Assembly (NCBI RefSeq): GCF_003918875.1
Contig: NW_025767190.1
Location: forward strand, 62,001-126,000
Reading direction: 5' to 3'
Source: Haliotis rubra
Lineage: Eukaryota
Length of the DNA: 64,000 nucleotides
This document shows, piece by piece, positions 50,311-64,000 of this stretch; within the stretch, counting starts at the first letter, position 1; every line of letters starts with the position of its first letter. The position numbers were made by a program, and so were the translations under genes. The notes beneath the pieces are model-generated. The model saw only the letters and a program-made list of their open reading frames with translations, did not search any database and had not been told where the DNA came from.

Positions 50311-53300
50311 ATGTGTGTGTCTCTCTGTGTTTGTGTGTTTGGTGTGTAAGTGTACGAGTGTGTGTTGTTTAACGCAGGACTGAGCGATATTACAGCTCTG
50401 AGGTGACGGCCTGTTAATACTGAATTCTGAAACGATGGACATGGGTGTTTACCAATTTAGTGTAACCCACTCGTATACCATACTGACCCTAGACTGGTGT
50501 TTCTGGACACAGCCGATGGATCAAACTCCGCACAACATGATGGAGTTCTTTAAATGTATAGCTGTGTCTCCTATGTGTACAGTCACATCACCCATTAGGG
50601 TGGATTGATCGTGTTTAATAACTTTCCAATATTTGCAAATGTGCTTTCAATCGATTATCAATGCTGATTGGTCAGCTGAAGCTATAGGACGTCATAGTGC
50701 TTCATTCTTGAGGAAAACACATGACGTCACCCGTTGTCCATGACCTTAGAAATTCATTACATCTGAACACACTGCTGCCTTTGGTGAAGTTTGTCTGTGA
50801 GGGGTGATATTTCATAAGGATTTTCTTCATTTCCTTATTAAAATGTCATTGAGTAAAACATAAAAATATGGATTAACTAACTCGAATCGGAATTACAGAT
50901 TATCAGTCCTTCCCTGTTTGGTTATTTGACGGTATGGTTTTGTAACGTTGTGACGTCACGCACGTTGTGACGTCTCGTTTGAGCTGAAAACTCCCGCAAA
51001 TCACTGGATTAAATGTACCCAAAGTTTTGGAATACTACCTTGGAGTTAAATTTTAGTGAGGGAATGAGAATGTGTTTTGTGTCAAAGGTCCATACAGTCC
51101 AGCAATGCCAACACGGCTGGGGTCATAAAAAAAGGGATCTACACATTGCACCTATGTGGGGAACTGAACCCGGGCCGAGTGAACACTTAAGTACATGGCA
51201 CAAACGTAAATAAAAGCGACACAAGCATATTCAAAATTATAATTTATAGAGAACATAACTAAAACAGTGTACGATCATGACTATATCGTAAGCATGTATC
51301 ACTATCACATAGTGATGGTGCCTGGTGTTCGCGGTGTTTTAAAGCTTATCCTGTCCCTACTTTGGGCACCCGTCAGAAACACATGCAAGGGCAAGTCAGT
51401 TGTTCATCTGAAAAGAAAACATCAACACGGCAGTTGCATCGATTATAGACAAGCACATAGCTCTAGGAGGTACAAATACGGCAACTGTTATACAAATAGT
51501 TAAATATCCCTCGAACCATTTTTAACCTTGACCTTAACTGAACCCCACACCCGACGTCTTCGGTGACCCCAAGACAGAGGGTCGTACCGTTGATGTCGTA
51601 GAAATAACGTCGGTCACGCCACTTTGTAATGCTTGTCTGAATCTGGCAATTTTTAATCACATTTCAACACTTGTGTCTGACACTGCCAGCGTGCTTAAGA
51701 CGAAGACGTCTTTAAGGTGTGTGACATCATTAAAATAAGTAGAATTTAATGCTCTCGCGACCAAAACCCCACAGCCATTTTGTCAGGACCGTTTGAGGCG
51801 CTTTTAGTAAAATGAGTTATGTCTTATGTCACAGATTTTACAGTCTAATATTACATTGTGTTATACACGTGGTTGCTAAGGTTACAAACCACAGGGACCA
51901 TATCGATGAGAAATAAATGTGCGCACTTTTAGTTGACTTGACTCTGGTTTTATATTTCCAATTACCCCGTGACGTGACGTAATGCATCAAGGGAAGCTAG
52001 ATATCGCTCGCTAGGCCTTCATGCCTTCTCCTGAACATCAACTGCCTTCTCCAGCCTGTCAAATGGGAATATAAAATTACGGTTATGTGCCCAACTGCGA
52101 TTCTATGTCCTTTGTTTAGAAATGATACGTGCTTTCACCGAAATTACAAAGATCAAGCTTTTAGACAAAAATATTATTTTCAAAATGATTGCACACATGC
52201 ATGCGCGGCTGAAAGCAAGTTAAATATGACGGATTCTGAAGACCTAGATGGTGCCGCTATAAAATACAAACACTCTTTTTCTAACTTAAAGAACCTTTTT
52301 CGTCAGCTGCTCATGATCATATACGTGACAATAAAAGAAACAATAAAAAAAGTAGGAATTGTTTGTGGTTTGATATTCATGGCTGATGATGTTCTGTGAG
52401 ATCTGTTGGTCTCATAATCAACTGAACAGCCGAGAAAAGAATTAGACTCACATAGAGGCTATGAAATATTTGATTGCACAATACATTCTCTCCCCTAAAT
52501 GTGTTTTATTAGAACTAGATAGACATGCTTTTTATTATCTTTTTTATTATGCTTGGTTTTGGTTCCATAAAATACATATTTCACAGAGTCGGTACTGGAG
52601 TGGAACAAGGCCTGCAGCTCCGTGTGTAGCCATGATGAAACAGTCAATGTAGTTTTTCACAACTTACGCGTTCATGCTTTAAGTTGCTGTTCGTGTTATG
52701 CATTAAATCTGGTAGCTATTGCACGCTCCTCCCTCGGTGTTGCACTGGTGTTGAGTGTTTTACGCCGCAGGGAGCATGATGTTGCGTGTTGATTCCAGGG
52801 CTGAATCTAATGCAGCAGTTAACACGGAATCAGTCCGTAACAGAACTCGGTGTGAATCCAACTAACAGCAAAACAAGGTGATATAATTAACAATTGTATT
52901 CTAAAACTGTCTAACATCACAAATCAATACAAATCACAACAAAGATTTTAATGTGGCAGTTCAAAATTGTGTGCGGAACAAATTATAAAGTAATATAATA
53001 CAAGAGCAGTGGTTATAGCAATACAGAGAGTTATGGTAATATTCACCTCAGCAACAATAATCTAACTTGCAAGAAAGGCAAAGTATCCAGGGTGTCACAC
53101 CCAGTATTGGTCGTTTTGAAACTTGAGATTTCATGTAACGAGCACCAAGAGTTAGCTTCCCTTATGTACCTTAGAAAAGGCTTTCCGATCTTTCTATAAT
53201 GTTCTTTGCATCACAGGAGGATTGTAGTACATTCCAGAATTCTGTCTAAATATAGCACAAGTGTCAATATAAAGCACACTGATGTATCGTACTCAACGTC

Positions 53301-54725
53301 AACGAAAACAATGTAGGCCTACATAACACATGGAATATTGTATCACAATAAATAACACTGCCACATAACAATGGTAGCGTCGTCACGCTGGTAACGTGGT
53401 GATCATCTGTGCGCTGAGATCATCTGTGCACGGCGTGCCAGTCATGCCAGAGAGCAATCGGTACGGGTTCGAATCCCAGAGTCGCTCGATTATGTTTCAA
53501 GGTTTATTAGCACCATATCAATACTCATGGGTGTTATCAAAGTGTTCAACGTGTAAGACATGAATCTTTCCAGCCCCCGGACCCCGTGATATATATTACA
53601 TAACTGACCTACAACTCACTCACTCATTTTGATGGGAATCTTGGGATCCATGTGTTAGAGGTGTCACGACTAGCTAGCGAGAGACTAGGGGCGTAGAGGG
53701 ACATAGCGCTTCAAGGACAACTATAGCTGTTCTGTGTTTAACAACACATACACGTTAAGACACTGACAAATGGGAAGAAGTGTTTGGTAAAAGTGTCATA
53801 AAGTTATTGTGACATTAAAATATGTTGCTTTTACTGAATCCTGTTTGACCCAACGTGTCAGCTGCACGTGCAGGGTCGGTGGCGTCAGTTTCAAGTTCCG
53901 GCACAATGGTGTTGTTTCTTACCTACTTACTTACATAACCAACATCAATAGCTGTGTAATAGTTACGGTTATGGGGGTGCGCTGATTTAAAAAATTGAAA
54001 CAATAAGTTAACCCACAATTCTACTAGAAAAACATAAATGTGAAGTAAACAAACAACAAAGAAATGTTACACAATTACCAATTATTTAATTTAAAATATG
54101 TAGTTTTCTAATCAATAGAAACTCCTGCAAAGAAAATGCCGCGGTAGCATACAATATATTGCCAGCTGGAATTACAACAGACGTGATAATTGCAATTAAG
54201 GGGTGATGATAACGTATAAGCCTAACAGCAGATGTGGTCAAACTTCCAAATCAGACCAAGGCTATAAGATCTGTTGGTCGTGATATAATATGAGATGAGA
54301 GAGACATGCGTTTACCCAAATGTACATATGTATAGACACCTTCTGGAAAGTTACATCTATGACTATTCCAGATTACAATTGACCCCAAAAGCATTAAAAT
54401 ATAGCACCTTTCACACTAGTGCTTACAGCAGATAACAATACATTCCTGAAAACTAACTTTTAATAAAACAAAATATCATGAACTTCATCTGAATCGTTAA
54501 AGAAACAATGTCATAAATTTACAACATTCCATATATCAATATGTAAACGTATGACAACACTATTATCTAATATAACACGCCAACTCGAGAGAATTTATAG
54601 TCTTGAGATTCCATTGTGCTGAAAGGGCCAAAAAGCTGTGAAAATTAACTGAATGGGTTACTGAAAATTTGGGATGACACCGGGTGTTCTCGGCAAAGGT
54701 AAGCACGTCTTGTGGAAAAGATTTA

Positions 54726-54887
54726 GTGAGTGAGTGAGTTTAGTTCTACGCCGCTTTTATCAACATTCCAGCAATATCACATCGGGGGACACCAGAAATA
54801 GGCTTCACACATTGTAAGTGTGGAATCGAACCCGGGTCTTCGGCATGACGATCGAACGCTTTAACCACTAGGCTACCCCACTGCCCC
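54726..54887 (-). mobile_element. SINE family A
   Basis: Full reverse-complement consensus; flanks aaaagatttag / aaaacgtttag resemble a TSD. Confidence 0.92.
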
Positions 54888-55451
54888 TAAAACGTTTAGA
54901 ATGTTGACCAATCTTTCTGTTGTTCTGTTTTCAACAAAGCAATACGAGTAATTTTCCATGATTTGTATCGAGTGTCCTTTTTGTAGCACTTGTACCATGC
55001 AGCTGTGATCACTAAACAATGTCCCTCGTTTGTTTGTTGTTTAAAAAAAGATACTGTATAAATACCCTTGATATATAATTATGCAAATTTAAACCGAAAT
55101 ATGTTTGTGGTGATATCTACAGCTGCATCACTGTAGTGTTTGGTGTCTGCTGAGACTATAACTTTCAATGTTCACAATGCGTGACATGAACTCAAGTTCC
55201 TCATACTCCACGTCCTCAGAGAGATATCGCCAGATGAAACATGTTTTTAAACTTACAACAATTTGAATTAATGTTTTTAAACACTTCAGATCATGTTATC
55301 TGATTACGATGATGATGAGTATGTTGACGGGATCAGTTTCTGAAACGTAAACAAGAAAATCCAGGAAAACATACCAAATTCAATAAAACTTAAAAGACAT
55401 AATATTGTTACTGAACGAACCCTCAGTATCAAAGCATTATTAGGTCAGGGA

Positions 55452-55568
55452 GATCCGGGTTCAATTCCCCAAATGGGTACAATGTGTGAAGCTCGTTTCT
55501 TGTTTCCCCCGCCGTGATATTGCTGGAATATTGCTATAATCTGCGCAAAAGTAACCTCACTCACTCAC
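55452..55568 (+). mobile_element. 5'-truncated SINE family A with TSD
   Basis: taggtcaggga (55441-55451) / taagtcaggga (55569-55579). Confidence 0.88.
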
Positions 55569-58500
55569 TAAGTCAGGGAACAAGAACAACGGTCCATTCA
55601 AGTAATGAATCAAACCCGTGTCTTTGCAGCGTTGAACTAACCCTTCAGCTACCCTGCTACTCATTACCCCTAAATATACGGGTATAGGGATAACAACGTT
55701 TTCATTTTTAACCTAAATCATCCTCTTTAATTATTTCAAACTGCCTACCAAAAGATTTTTAAAACTAACTTTTTCTTTAACTTTTTAAATATTTAAAATG
55801 TTACGCTTTGACAACCCCCAGTTATTCCTCCACACGCCTGTGTTGTCACGCATGTACATTAATCTCTCATATTGTGCGTTTACTGGTAAGGAGTATCAGA
55901 TGTCTTAAGCCAAATATTATGTCTAGGTGTATGCATGCATCACAAACAAACACGGTAGGCGAGGATGCACAGACGCACAAACACACGAGAAGCTTTGACT
56001 GGTGCAGGAGTCTTCACAGCGCGTGCTCTAGGAGTCCCGCAAACTGTTAAGTAACGCGAGCTTCTAGACAAACACAGCTCTTAGCCCCGCTTGTGCAGCT
56101 CGAACGGATCTGTGTACACAGCGAGAATTAATACCTCGATTATGGATGTCGCTGTCGACTTATCCCTGATACAACAATAATTCTGTAAGTATTTATTTGC
56201 TGTGTATATTTTAAAATTGTAAACGTTGATTTTACAAGTCATGGTGATCTGTTTATATACAGACTCTTAAGACTGGAAAATCGTGTTTTAAATATGTAAG
56301 CTCAGCGGTTGAAAAACGAGGGTTTGTTTTGAGACACAAGCACGTTCAGGCGCCTCGAGGCTTACAGGGCAATATCACATACCGTCACATTATACACCGT
56401 GACTGTTCACAGTTTCATAGTCATATTTCATATTTCGCTAGTCGGAATTTCTTTACAAAATGCAGAAGACTTGGGCCCATATGGGTGCAAGGTGTGGAGC
56501 ATGTTCTGGTGGCATAATATTGAATAAAATTGCTAAAAACGGCGTAAGATTCGACTCACTCACTGACCCTTCAACAGAAGAAAGAACTAGCTTCCAGGAC
56601 CAGACCGAGGTAGCTCTCCAGCCCTTTATATAAATTTGGTGAATTGTCCTTTGCGTTGCAACATTTCTTGTGGATTTTTAAAAAAATCGTGTGTACTTAT
56701 TTTGAGATTGACATATTATCCGGTTTTATTTAAATCTTCAAGGATGATATCTGAAAGTGCATTTACCTAAGAAGACCTTTCTGTTTTGTATCATTAGAAA
56801 AGGTAATAATCGACACTTTACGGGTATATTTGACAAGAAACCATTCACAGGTTTTGATAATATTCAAGCAAACCAACATACTATATTGACGTAAATTCAG
56901 AGACATATTGTTTTAAGTTTTTACTTTAAAGAATTATGACAAGAAAATGTAACAAACGCTGAAATATTTCTATTACACGATATCTCTTTGACAAGTCACC
57001 ATCCAATCATTTTGCATTACTACATTAAATAGAATACTTTTTGGGGTGATGTGATGTTTAAATAGTGACCACGACTAGCGGGAAAACATGGGCTCCTTGC
57101 TGGTCATTTGTCCAACTAAAAAACTGTATATCTTAAACGATGCGTGTAGTTACTTACGAATTACTTATATATACCGTGACTAGCATACGGACTTGGTACA
57201 GTACTATAGATGCTGCTTCGTCACCTGTACAACTAATTATTGATAGAACACAATTATCTGAACTTCTCCCGAATCTTAATGGAAACAATGCAGTGCAATT
57301 ACAACATATTGTAACACCATATACACTGACATAGGACAATATATAAACGTGTTACAGCGCAGTTATTAAATAGTTAACGTGAACTCCAGAGAATAAACAG
57401 TTCGATTTCACGAAGAACAGATTCCTTTGGAAGGAAACACCCTTGAAATTACATGAATGAAATCAGTGATGATACCAGGTGTTCGCATATAGGGTAAACG
57501 ACATCTATACGTGATTTTACAATGATAGTTTTCAGAATGCAGCGGCAATATTTAACGAATTTGAGAAGGTGTTTTTTATTTGTTAAAGTAAAGAAATATA
57601 ACACAATTTGGTCTTTTATATGGAACACAATGACGTTTATAACACGCAAGAGTGACACCACGATCCAAGCTAACATTATTATCAGCACCTCTGTATTCAG
57701 ACATAAGTGGGGAGAATGGAGGACAGGCAATTATCACTTGGCATGTGTCACAAATCATGTCTATTTCACATCTGTGAAGGCTACTGCGAGCGACAACTCA
57801 ACACGCTAGCCAGACAAATTACAGCTTGCAACGTCTAGTGAGAAATCAATATTATAATTGCCTCATATGGTTAAAAAATCAAACAATTAAATATTGTGCT
57901 GCTTCCAATTTCTTAAAATGACTCAACAGCTGAAAGTTCTGTCAGAATACATTTGTAGCTCGAGATAACGCACGGTTCCTTGTTGAAATATACAATGACA
58001 GCATGATTTGTAGAAGGAATGAGTTATAAATATACAATGACAGCCTGCTATGTGCAAGACTCTGAATAATAAATATACAAAGCTTCGCAAGAAAACTAAA
58101 ATAAATAGAAAGCGATATTTTAAAAAAAACCAGGCGAATAATGTGCATATTTGGGGGAAATTTCAGAGTAGAGAAGAGCAATGATTAAAAAGTCTGGTTT
58201 CTTGGAACGCCGTAGAAACATAATGTAAACGATAGTAGCCTTTAATCGACACACAGAAAACGTTTCCATCTGAATATTCACTATGTTTTTCCCACTATCA
58301 GAAAGTATATACATTCCTAATCCTCAATGTGTTGTCTGGAGAACGGGGAATGCAAACCTCTGTGTACGTTTTGTTTTTCAGGTACATGTTGTACCTTCCA
58401 CAAGGTCAGTAAATTAAGATACTTGTTGAACATTTAAGAATACCATGAATATTATTTTTGGAATAACGGCATTAAATATCACTGCATTTTAACTGGCATA

Positions 58501-58579
58501 TTTTGGGTGTCGGATTCAGATTAAGATGGTTCTCAGATAACTCACCAGGGTTGGTACCTATTTCGGGGTCTTTTTACAA

Positions 58580-59370
58580 AGTTTATTTCAGTTTGTAGGC
58601 CATCGGCCTATGTACAAAAAACAATGCAAATGATACAGTGCATAATGGCAATAGGCAGACATTTGAGTTGTCAATTTACAGAGGATAAGTATTTAAGAGA
58701 CGATTTTATAAACTTAGCACAATTCAATAAAAGTACCAGGTTATTAGAAATTATTAACTTTATAAATTTATAAGCATTTGTTAAATTATTCTATAGAAGT
58801 ACAATGTAAATACGTTTTTCGTAGTGTTACATATCTGTCACATTCAAGCAGAAAGTGGACTTCTATTATTATTATACATCTTACAAATTACATCAAAGTT
58901 CATAGTTTACTGCCATCTAACATACATCGTTATGGTAATGCATTGAATGTTAGCAAATATAAATATCTTCTTAAGTCTCTTACAATGATGATATAATACT
59001 TTTAAAATGTACAAGATTGGGTGAATTCATGATATTGCTGCTAATACTTTGTTTTGAACAATCAACTAACCTCTGCTTAAATAATGATAAACATAATGAC
59101 AATTTCCAATGTCTCGGGAAAGCCAAACATAACCAAATCCATACTTATTAAAAGCTTACGCATTTTTTAAACCCATGTAATCATACCAACAGAATCTAAT
59201 CTAAGTATATAATTATAACTTTGTTTAGGATAACGATCATTGGACATTCTTAATATATAATCGGGGTCTTACTACAATGCAAACACCATAACTATCAACA
59301 TTTCCGAAATCAGTATTTCCTAAGTCAGTTTTATTCTTGTCAGCCACTACTTTGTTTAGGGTCAAACCTG
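58580..59370 (-). mobile_element. Decayed LINE 3' portion (RTE-X-like)
   Basis: Minus-strand peptide remnants such as KQRLVD; the 3' UTR has a GGCC-N3-GGCC hairpin before AATAAA, as in the 45933 element. Confidence 0.6.
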
Positions 59371-60793
59371 CAAAAAATTAATCGGTGAAACGGAACCATG
59401 GGTTTTATTGAAAGAGATATGGTGAAATTAAAATGTCAAATCACAGTAAGTGAACGTAAGAAGGAGTTATTATCCTACACAACTGTTTACCCCAGTGATA
59501 GGCTTAACATCCCAGTTTGAACGATGCCTTCATCATTACCGAGTGGGTGTCTCTATATAATTGAAATAGAGGGACCTCATGTTTAAAAAGTAAAAAGATT
59601 AATTATTACATTTGAATATATAGTTTAGTTCAGGTTTTTATAGTATTATTCAACTATTTTAGGAATACTAAACATTACACCTGTCATCCAATGTTAACAT
59701 AAGTCCGAGTGCTTCTATAAGAGAAAATATTAATACAGTGTAATGTAGGCATGGAATGTATACGTTTCGACAAGTGTATCTTTAATTAGCCGGCCCAGTT
59801 ACACCTTATTATCAGTCTAATGTACGTTTTGATTGACACGTATTTAATATAATGAGCATGACAGGGCATATCCGTTTGCTTGTTTGTTGGTAAACATCTC
59901 AGAAATATCAAGCAGGAAGGCAATAATGACATTTCCTTACATTTCGGTAACGACGAAAATCTTTGATATGTACAAGGCAATACCTGACAAAAACATTATG
60001 ACACGACTTTCACGTTCAAATACATTTATTGTGTACATATTAAGTATGAAACACGTGGACTTGCCTCAAAGTAAGTTTGAACATGACGTTTTCCAGAAAT
60101 GTACAGATATGTTCCATACACTTAACCGTTAGTGTCTTGAAAATAAGATAAAAAATTGAGTATAGTAATGATGCTTGATGAATGAATAAATGAATGAATG
60201 AATGAATGAATATTGAGACACATATTTATACGACTTTATGCTTATCGTGTCAAAAACGTCAATACAGTCATAACGCATCCTATGAGAGGTAATTACAGTT
60301 ATATCCATGTACATAGCATACCACAAATACTGATCCAGTGAATATTGTACTGTAATCAGCTCACCTTGACAGGTGATATGATGTCAATTACTCCCTTAGA
60401 CTTTTCGGTTACCTCCGTGCTGCACGTCACGTGACTTCCTGGTGTTGATGTGCAGGGTTGGTATGCGGGATGACGATAAGAAGTCTCACTTGTGTAACTC
60501 CGGATGTGTTAAATAGTTGCGTTGAAATTAAAACAGAAACATCATGTAAGAAAAAACACTTTAAACATATCAAACACTGCAAGTTCAAATCATCATTGAA
60601 AACATACTAATAATGAATAATATTTAGAAAACATATACGTTTCAAAATTGATCAGTTGTTCTCTGGTTTCCGTTTTCAACTTGGCAAAAATAATCAAGCA
60701 TAGAACAGATATATTTTGTCGAATACACCCCTTATTCAAAACCATCTGATGTTAATCGTTTAATCGGCATTATATTAGTTGGTGAATCGATAA

Positions 60794-61006
60794 TGAAGCA
60801 TACGATTTTATGGATAACAACTTCTTGTTTATTGCATAGAGCGACGTTTCAGTCTATATTCTTACGCCGTTATCAAGCTAAGAGTGACTACAAAGGAGCG
60901 ATGAGAAGTATATATGTCTTAACTTGATAACTGGTTACGAATCTGCACCGAAACGTCGCTCTATGCAATAAACAAGAAGTTGTTATCCATAAAGTCGAAT
61001 GCTTTA
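60794..61006. mobile_element. Inverted repeat of Penelope-like terminal sequence (84-bp arms, 45-bp loop)
   Basis: Arms 60794-60877 and 60923-61006 share a 44-bp perfect core; each reads cttgataa...gaaacgtcg...aataaa outward. Confidence 0.7.
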
Positions 61007-63220
61007 GTATCTTAGTAAGCTTGTTCTTCACACTAATTGTGAAGAAAATATACTGTATTATTCGTCAGATATTTTGTCAATTCCATTTCGCTGAACATCA
61101 CTAGAAATTCAAAGAAATATCTCATACCAATTAAATATACCAAAATACCAGCCTCCATTCTTTCATATTACTCTTTTCTTCTAGTAAAAGAAAAGAACTG
61201 AAATCCCTTGCAAAATGTATAAATATTATAGCAATAAGAGTGTCATAGCCTTTCGTTTCCTCAGTTGTATCAAATTCTATCATGTTGCTATCATATGTAC
61301 TGCCACCTTGCTCACCATGTTGTAAGTAGTATACCCTGTATTTCACTCTTATACCACCGTTGGTGGTTTTATGGAGAAGAAAAGAATCTTGAATCTTGAA
61401 TGATCAATTTCATACGTACTTCTCCTTTTGCCACCATGTGTGTAATACCTGTAGCTACACAGACAGACACAGGTGTGTTCACCTAATGTGATGTAAATAT
61501 ATGCATGTCATTCCAGCAATGATGGCCCGTGCTGGGTGCCAAGGGCATTGTGACATGGTCAGTCTACCGAGACGACCGATAATTAAAACACTCCAGGTCA
61601 AATTACAATCATTAACCATTTAATCGCTGTTGGCAAGTTAGTCTGTGCGGCTTAATCTTAAACTCTAAAACACGATCAACGTGTCACTGTTACCTCAATA
61701 ACTCCATGACAACATAAGCCCTATCACATCAACTTCAGGATATATCCCAATCGCGATACGATAGTTGCTAAGCAAGGGTAATCTCTGAACTTATGTTGAT
61801 TAAAAGTGATGTATATAACTATACCGTTCTACTTAACACGGCACCAGAACTATCAATCAGAACGCGTTGTGATATGACTTCAAATGGACCACTATGAACA
61901 GGAGAACTTAGACGGTACTCGACCTCCGAACTAGGACCCTGATGACTCGACTAGCTGTCATCTCGAGGGTCGAGATACTGTTTGAAATGTCCAGGTAACA
62001 TTCTTAAATGATAACATATCTCATTGTTATCTCATCAAATAACACGTTGTTCTCCATTAACGCCGCAGGTTACCACACAGAGACTGATCCAACATGCCAA
62101 ATGCATTAAAAATAAGATTAAACAAATAACCCAAACTTGATATTCAAAAGTTCAGCAAATACACAGCATTTCAGATATCCAGACCCGGTTTACGAAAGGG
62201 AGGTAATTATTGAAGGGATAAATCAAAATAAAATTTAGAGTTATCTACCTTCCTTTGCAAATATTTCACATCGACGACTCGGAGTTTAAGGAACTGTAAC
62301 TTAACACGCCACACAAGACAAAGAGGGACAGGAGTTGTTTCACACGCTCGTGGTGAGAAGCGAAATATGTAGATATGCGGACCAATGTATCGGTTACTCA
62401 TAAGCGCAATTACAATGCACCAGACAGACTAATTACAGTGTTAATCACAGCTGAGTCCCACTCGGCTCGGCGCGAGGGCAAAGTTTGACGGTATCTGACA
62501 GGTAGAATGTCGAAAAGGGAGTGATAACATCTCGCCATGAATGCATAACCTTGTTGTGGATGGCGACCAGTCACGACTACAGCACGTATCGTATTCAACA
62601 TTATGACGGCTTTTGAGTAACATACATTTTTAATGCTCCCAACTTCTTGATATTTTTTAAGCGTGACTAAGACCGACATGGACAGAGAAAATCGTTTAGG
62701 TATAAGTTAATTATGATGGAGTGAGTTATATATCAAGGGCGAATGACAGGTTCATTTTGCATTTTTAAAGATATTTTGTTTTTGATAGTCAGATTCTTCT
62801 CTATTTAAGCATTACCGTGCCAATCACTCCCGTGTTAGACATCATTGTGGCATTGTCACGTATTGTAAATGTTTATTATATTGTTATATGTTATGTTTAT
62901 TTCTGTTCGTATTCTCCTTATATATTTGGTTATTTGCAGATCAGCGACATGTTTAAGGACCGATTTTTATGGAATGTTTATTTGTTCAGTCAGTGTGTAA
63001 ACACTTCTACACTATCATAAGAAAACACTTGCACTGGGGTCAGATATGTTTTTCCATGTTTCACAGCTCACAGCACTGATAATGAGAAATTAAACAAACC
63101 CGCGTGCTCCCACTACCAAACCAGGCACGCGCCAAACTGGTCTAAATTACTCTGTGAGTGCCGTTATGTCCACAGCATATTGTTTACATCGGGCTTTCAT
63201 TCACTTCGCGCTGCCCGAGT

Positions 63221-63253
63221 AGCCAATCAGGAGCGCGGGACAAGTCACATGAC
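63221..63253 (+). promoter_or_regulatory. CCAAT box (NF-Y) plus USF/MiT-type E-box
   Basis: AGCCAATCAG at 63221-63230 and GTCACATGAC at 63244-63253 in CpG-richer sequence about 300 bp upstream of ATG 63532. Confidence 0.55.
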
Positions 63254-63531
63254 CCACGGCACACAATACTTACACATGTGCTGTAAGAGCTGGCATAGAG
63301 TAGTTGAGTTCACGTTGTATTGATGTTTCAGGTAGAATGCCCTCCGCGTCGTGACTAACTGACCAGCCGTGACGCAGCTAAAGGATGTTTACTAAACAAG
63401 ACGTCGGCTAAACGGAGCCTCCTTCGACGTTGGTGTAGTCGTGGGAAGGCTGGAAGACGAAGTCGGATGAATGAAGGAACGATGGATGGACCATTGGAGG
63501 GGTGCAACTTAACCCTGTGTTATTCTTGGAT

Positions 63532-64000
63532 ATGTTTGTGTTTCGTTGTCTGAGAGTGAGACGAAGTGTGTTGCTGGTCATTATGAGTCTTGGAGGGTTC
63601 CTGATAGTCTGTGCCTACCTCCTCGCCCTGTCTGTCCTCTATGTGGTGCCTCTGTCCGACTCGCTCGTCGTCAGCGAGAGATCCTCCACGTCCGACCTCT
63701 CCGCCCTAGGGGACAAGCTTCAGCGAGAGGAATTTAGTGACAAAACTCAGGATTCACCTTCACTGCTTGTCTCAAGACATAACAGAGTACTTCAAAATTC
63801 ACATGCTCAAGAAATATCGGAGCGAGGCGGGAAGGTTATCAGCGGGAGAAACAAGCCAAGCTTAGGAGGGAATACTGGAGACAACTTTGTGAGCAAACGA
63901 TCTAAGATGGATAATCGGTTGACAAATACCGCGAGTACGATTTATCTGGATGAGGAGTGGAGCGATTCTGGGAGAGGGGAGGAGGAAGAGGAGGAGTATG
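63532..64000 (+). CDS. First coding exon (partial, open at window end) of a type II membrane or secreted protein
   Basis: In-frame TGA at 63472, ATG at 63532, then 156 sense codons without a stop: MFVFRCLRVRRSVLLVIMSLGGFLIVCAYLLALSVLYVVPLSDS...DEEWSDSGRGEEEEEEY. Basic N-tail, about 28-aa hydrophobic segment, polar stem; higher GC than surroundings. Alternative ATG at 63583. Confidence 0.8.
   Translation, partial: MFVFRCLRVRRSVLLVIMSLGGFLIVCAYLLALSVLYVVPLSDSLVVSERSSTSDLSALGDKLQREEFSDKTQDSPSLLVSRHNRVLQNSHAQEISERGGKVISGRNKPSLGGNTGDNFVSKRSKMDNRLTNTASTIYLDEEWSDSGRGEEEEEEY

Noticed and set aside
60427-60442. GTCACGTGAC plus CTTCC motif as a promoter
   Set aside because: Isolated motif with no supporting exon; could occur by chance in 64 kb.

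Overview
AT-rich, repeat-dense eukaryotic (animal) scaffold with four assembly gaps (6356-6528, 29703-29854, 49010-49577, 49672-50054). It is not prokaryotic: there are no operons, rRNA genes or CRISPR arrays. The repeat content looks molluscan, probably gastropod (abalone-like); this is an inference from pattern recognition, not a database result. Most of the window is intergenic or intronic. It carries about 15 clear copies of a tRNA-derived SINE with (CACT)n/(CAGT)n tails and target-site duplications (TSDs), a second short retroposon with the same 3' tail, LINE 3'-end relics, two decayed Tc1/mariner elements and many minisatellites, two of which were visibly seeded from SINE sequence. It also holds a Penelope-like inverted repeat and a 6.2-kb CACTA/CMC-like element (16966-23138; 24-bp TIRs, 3-bp TSD) that appears to carry small spliced genes. 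The only convincing host gene is missing from the ORF track. Its first coding exon starts at 63532 (+), runs off the window end and encodes a type II membrane or secreted protein, with a CCAAT box and E-box just upstream.
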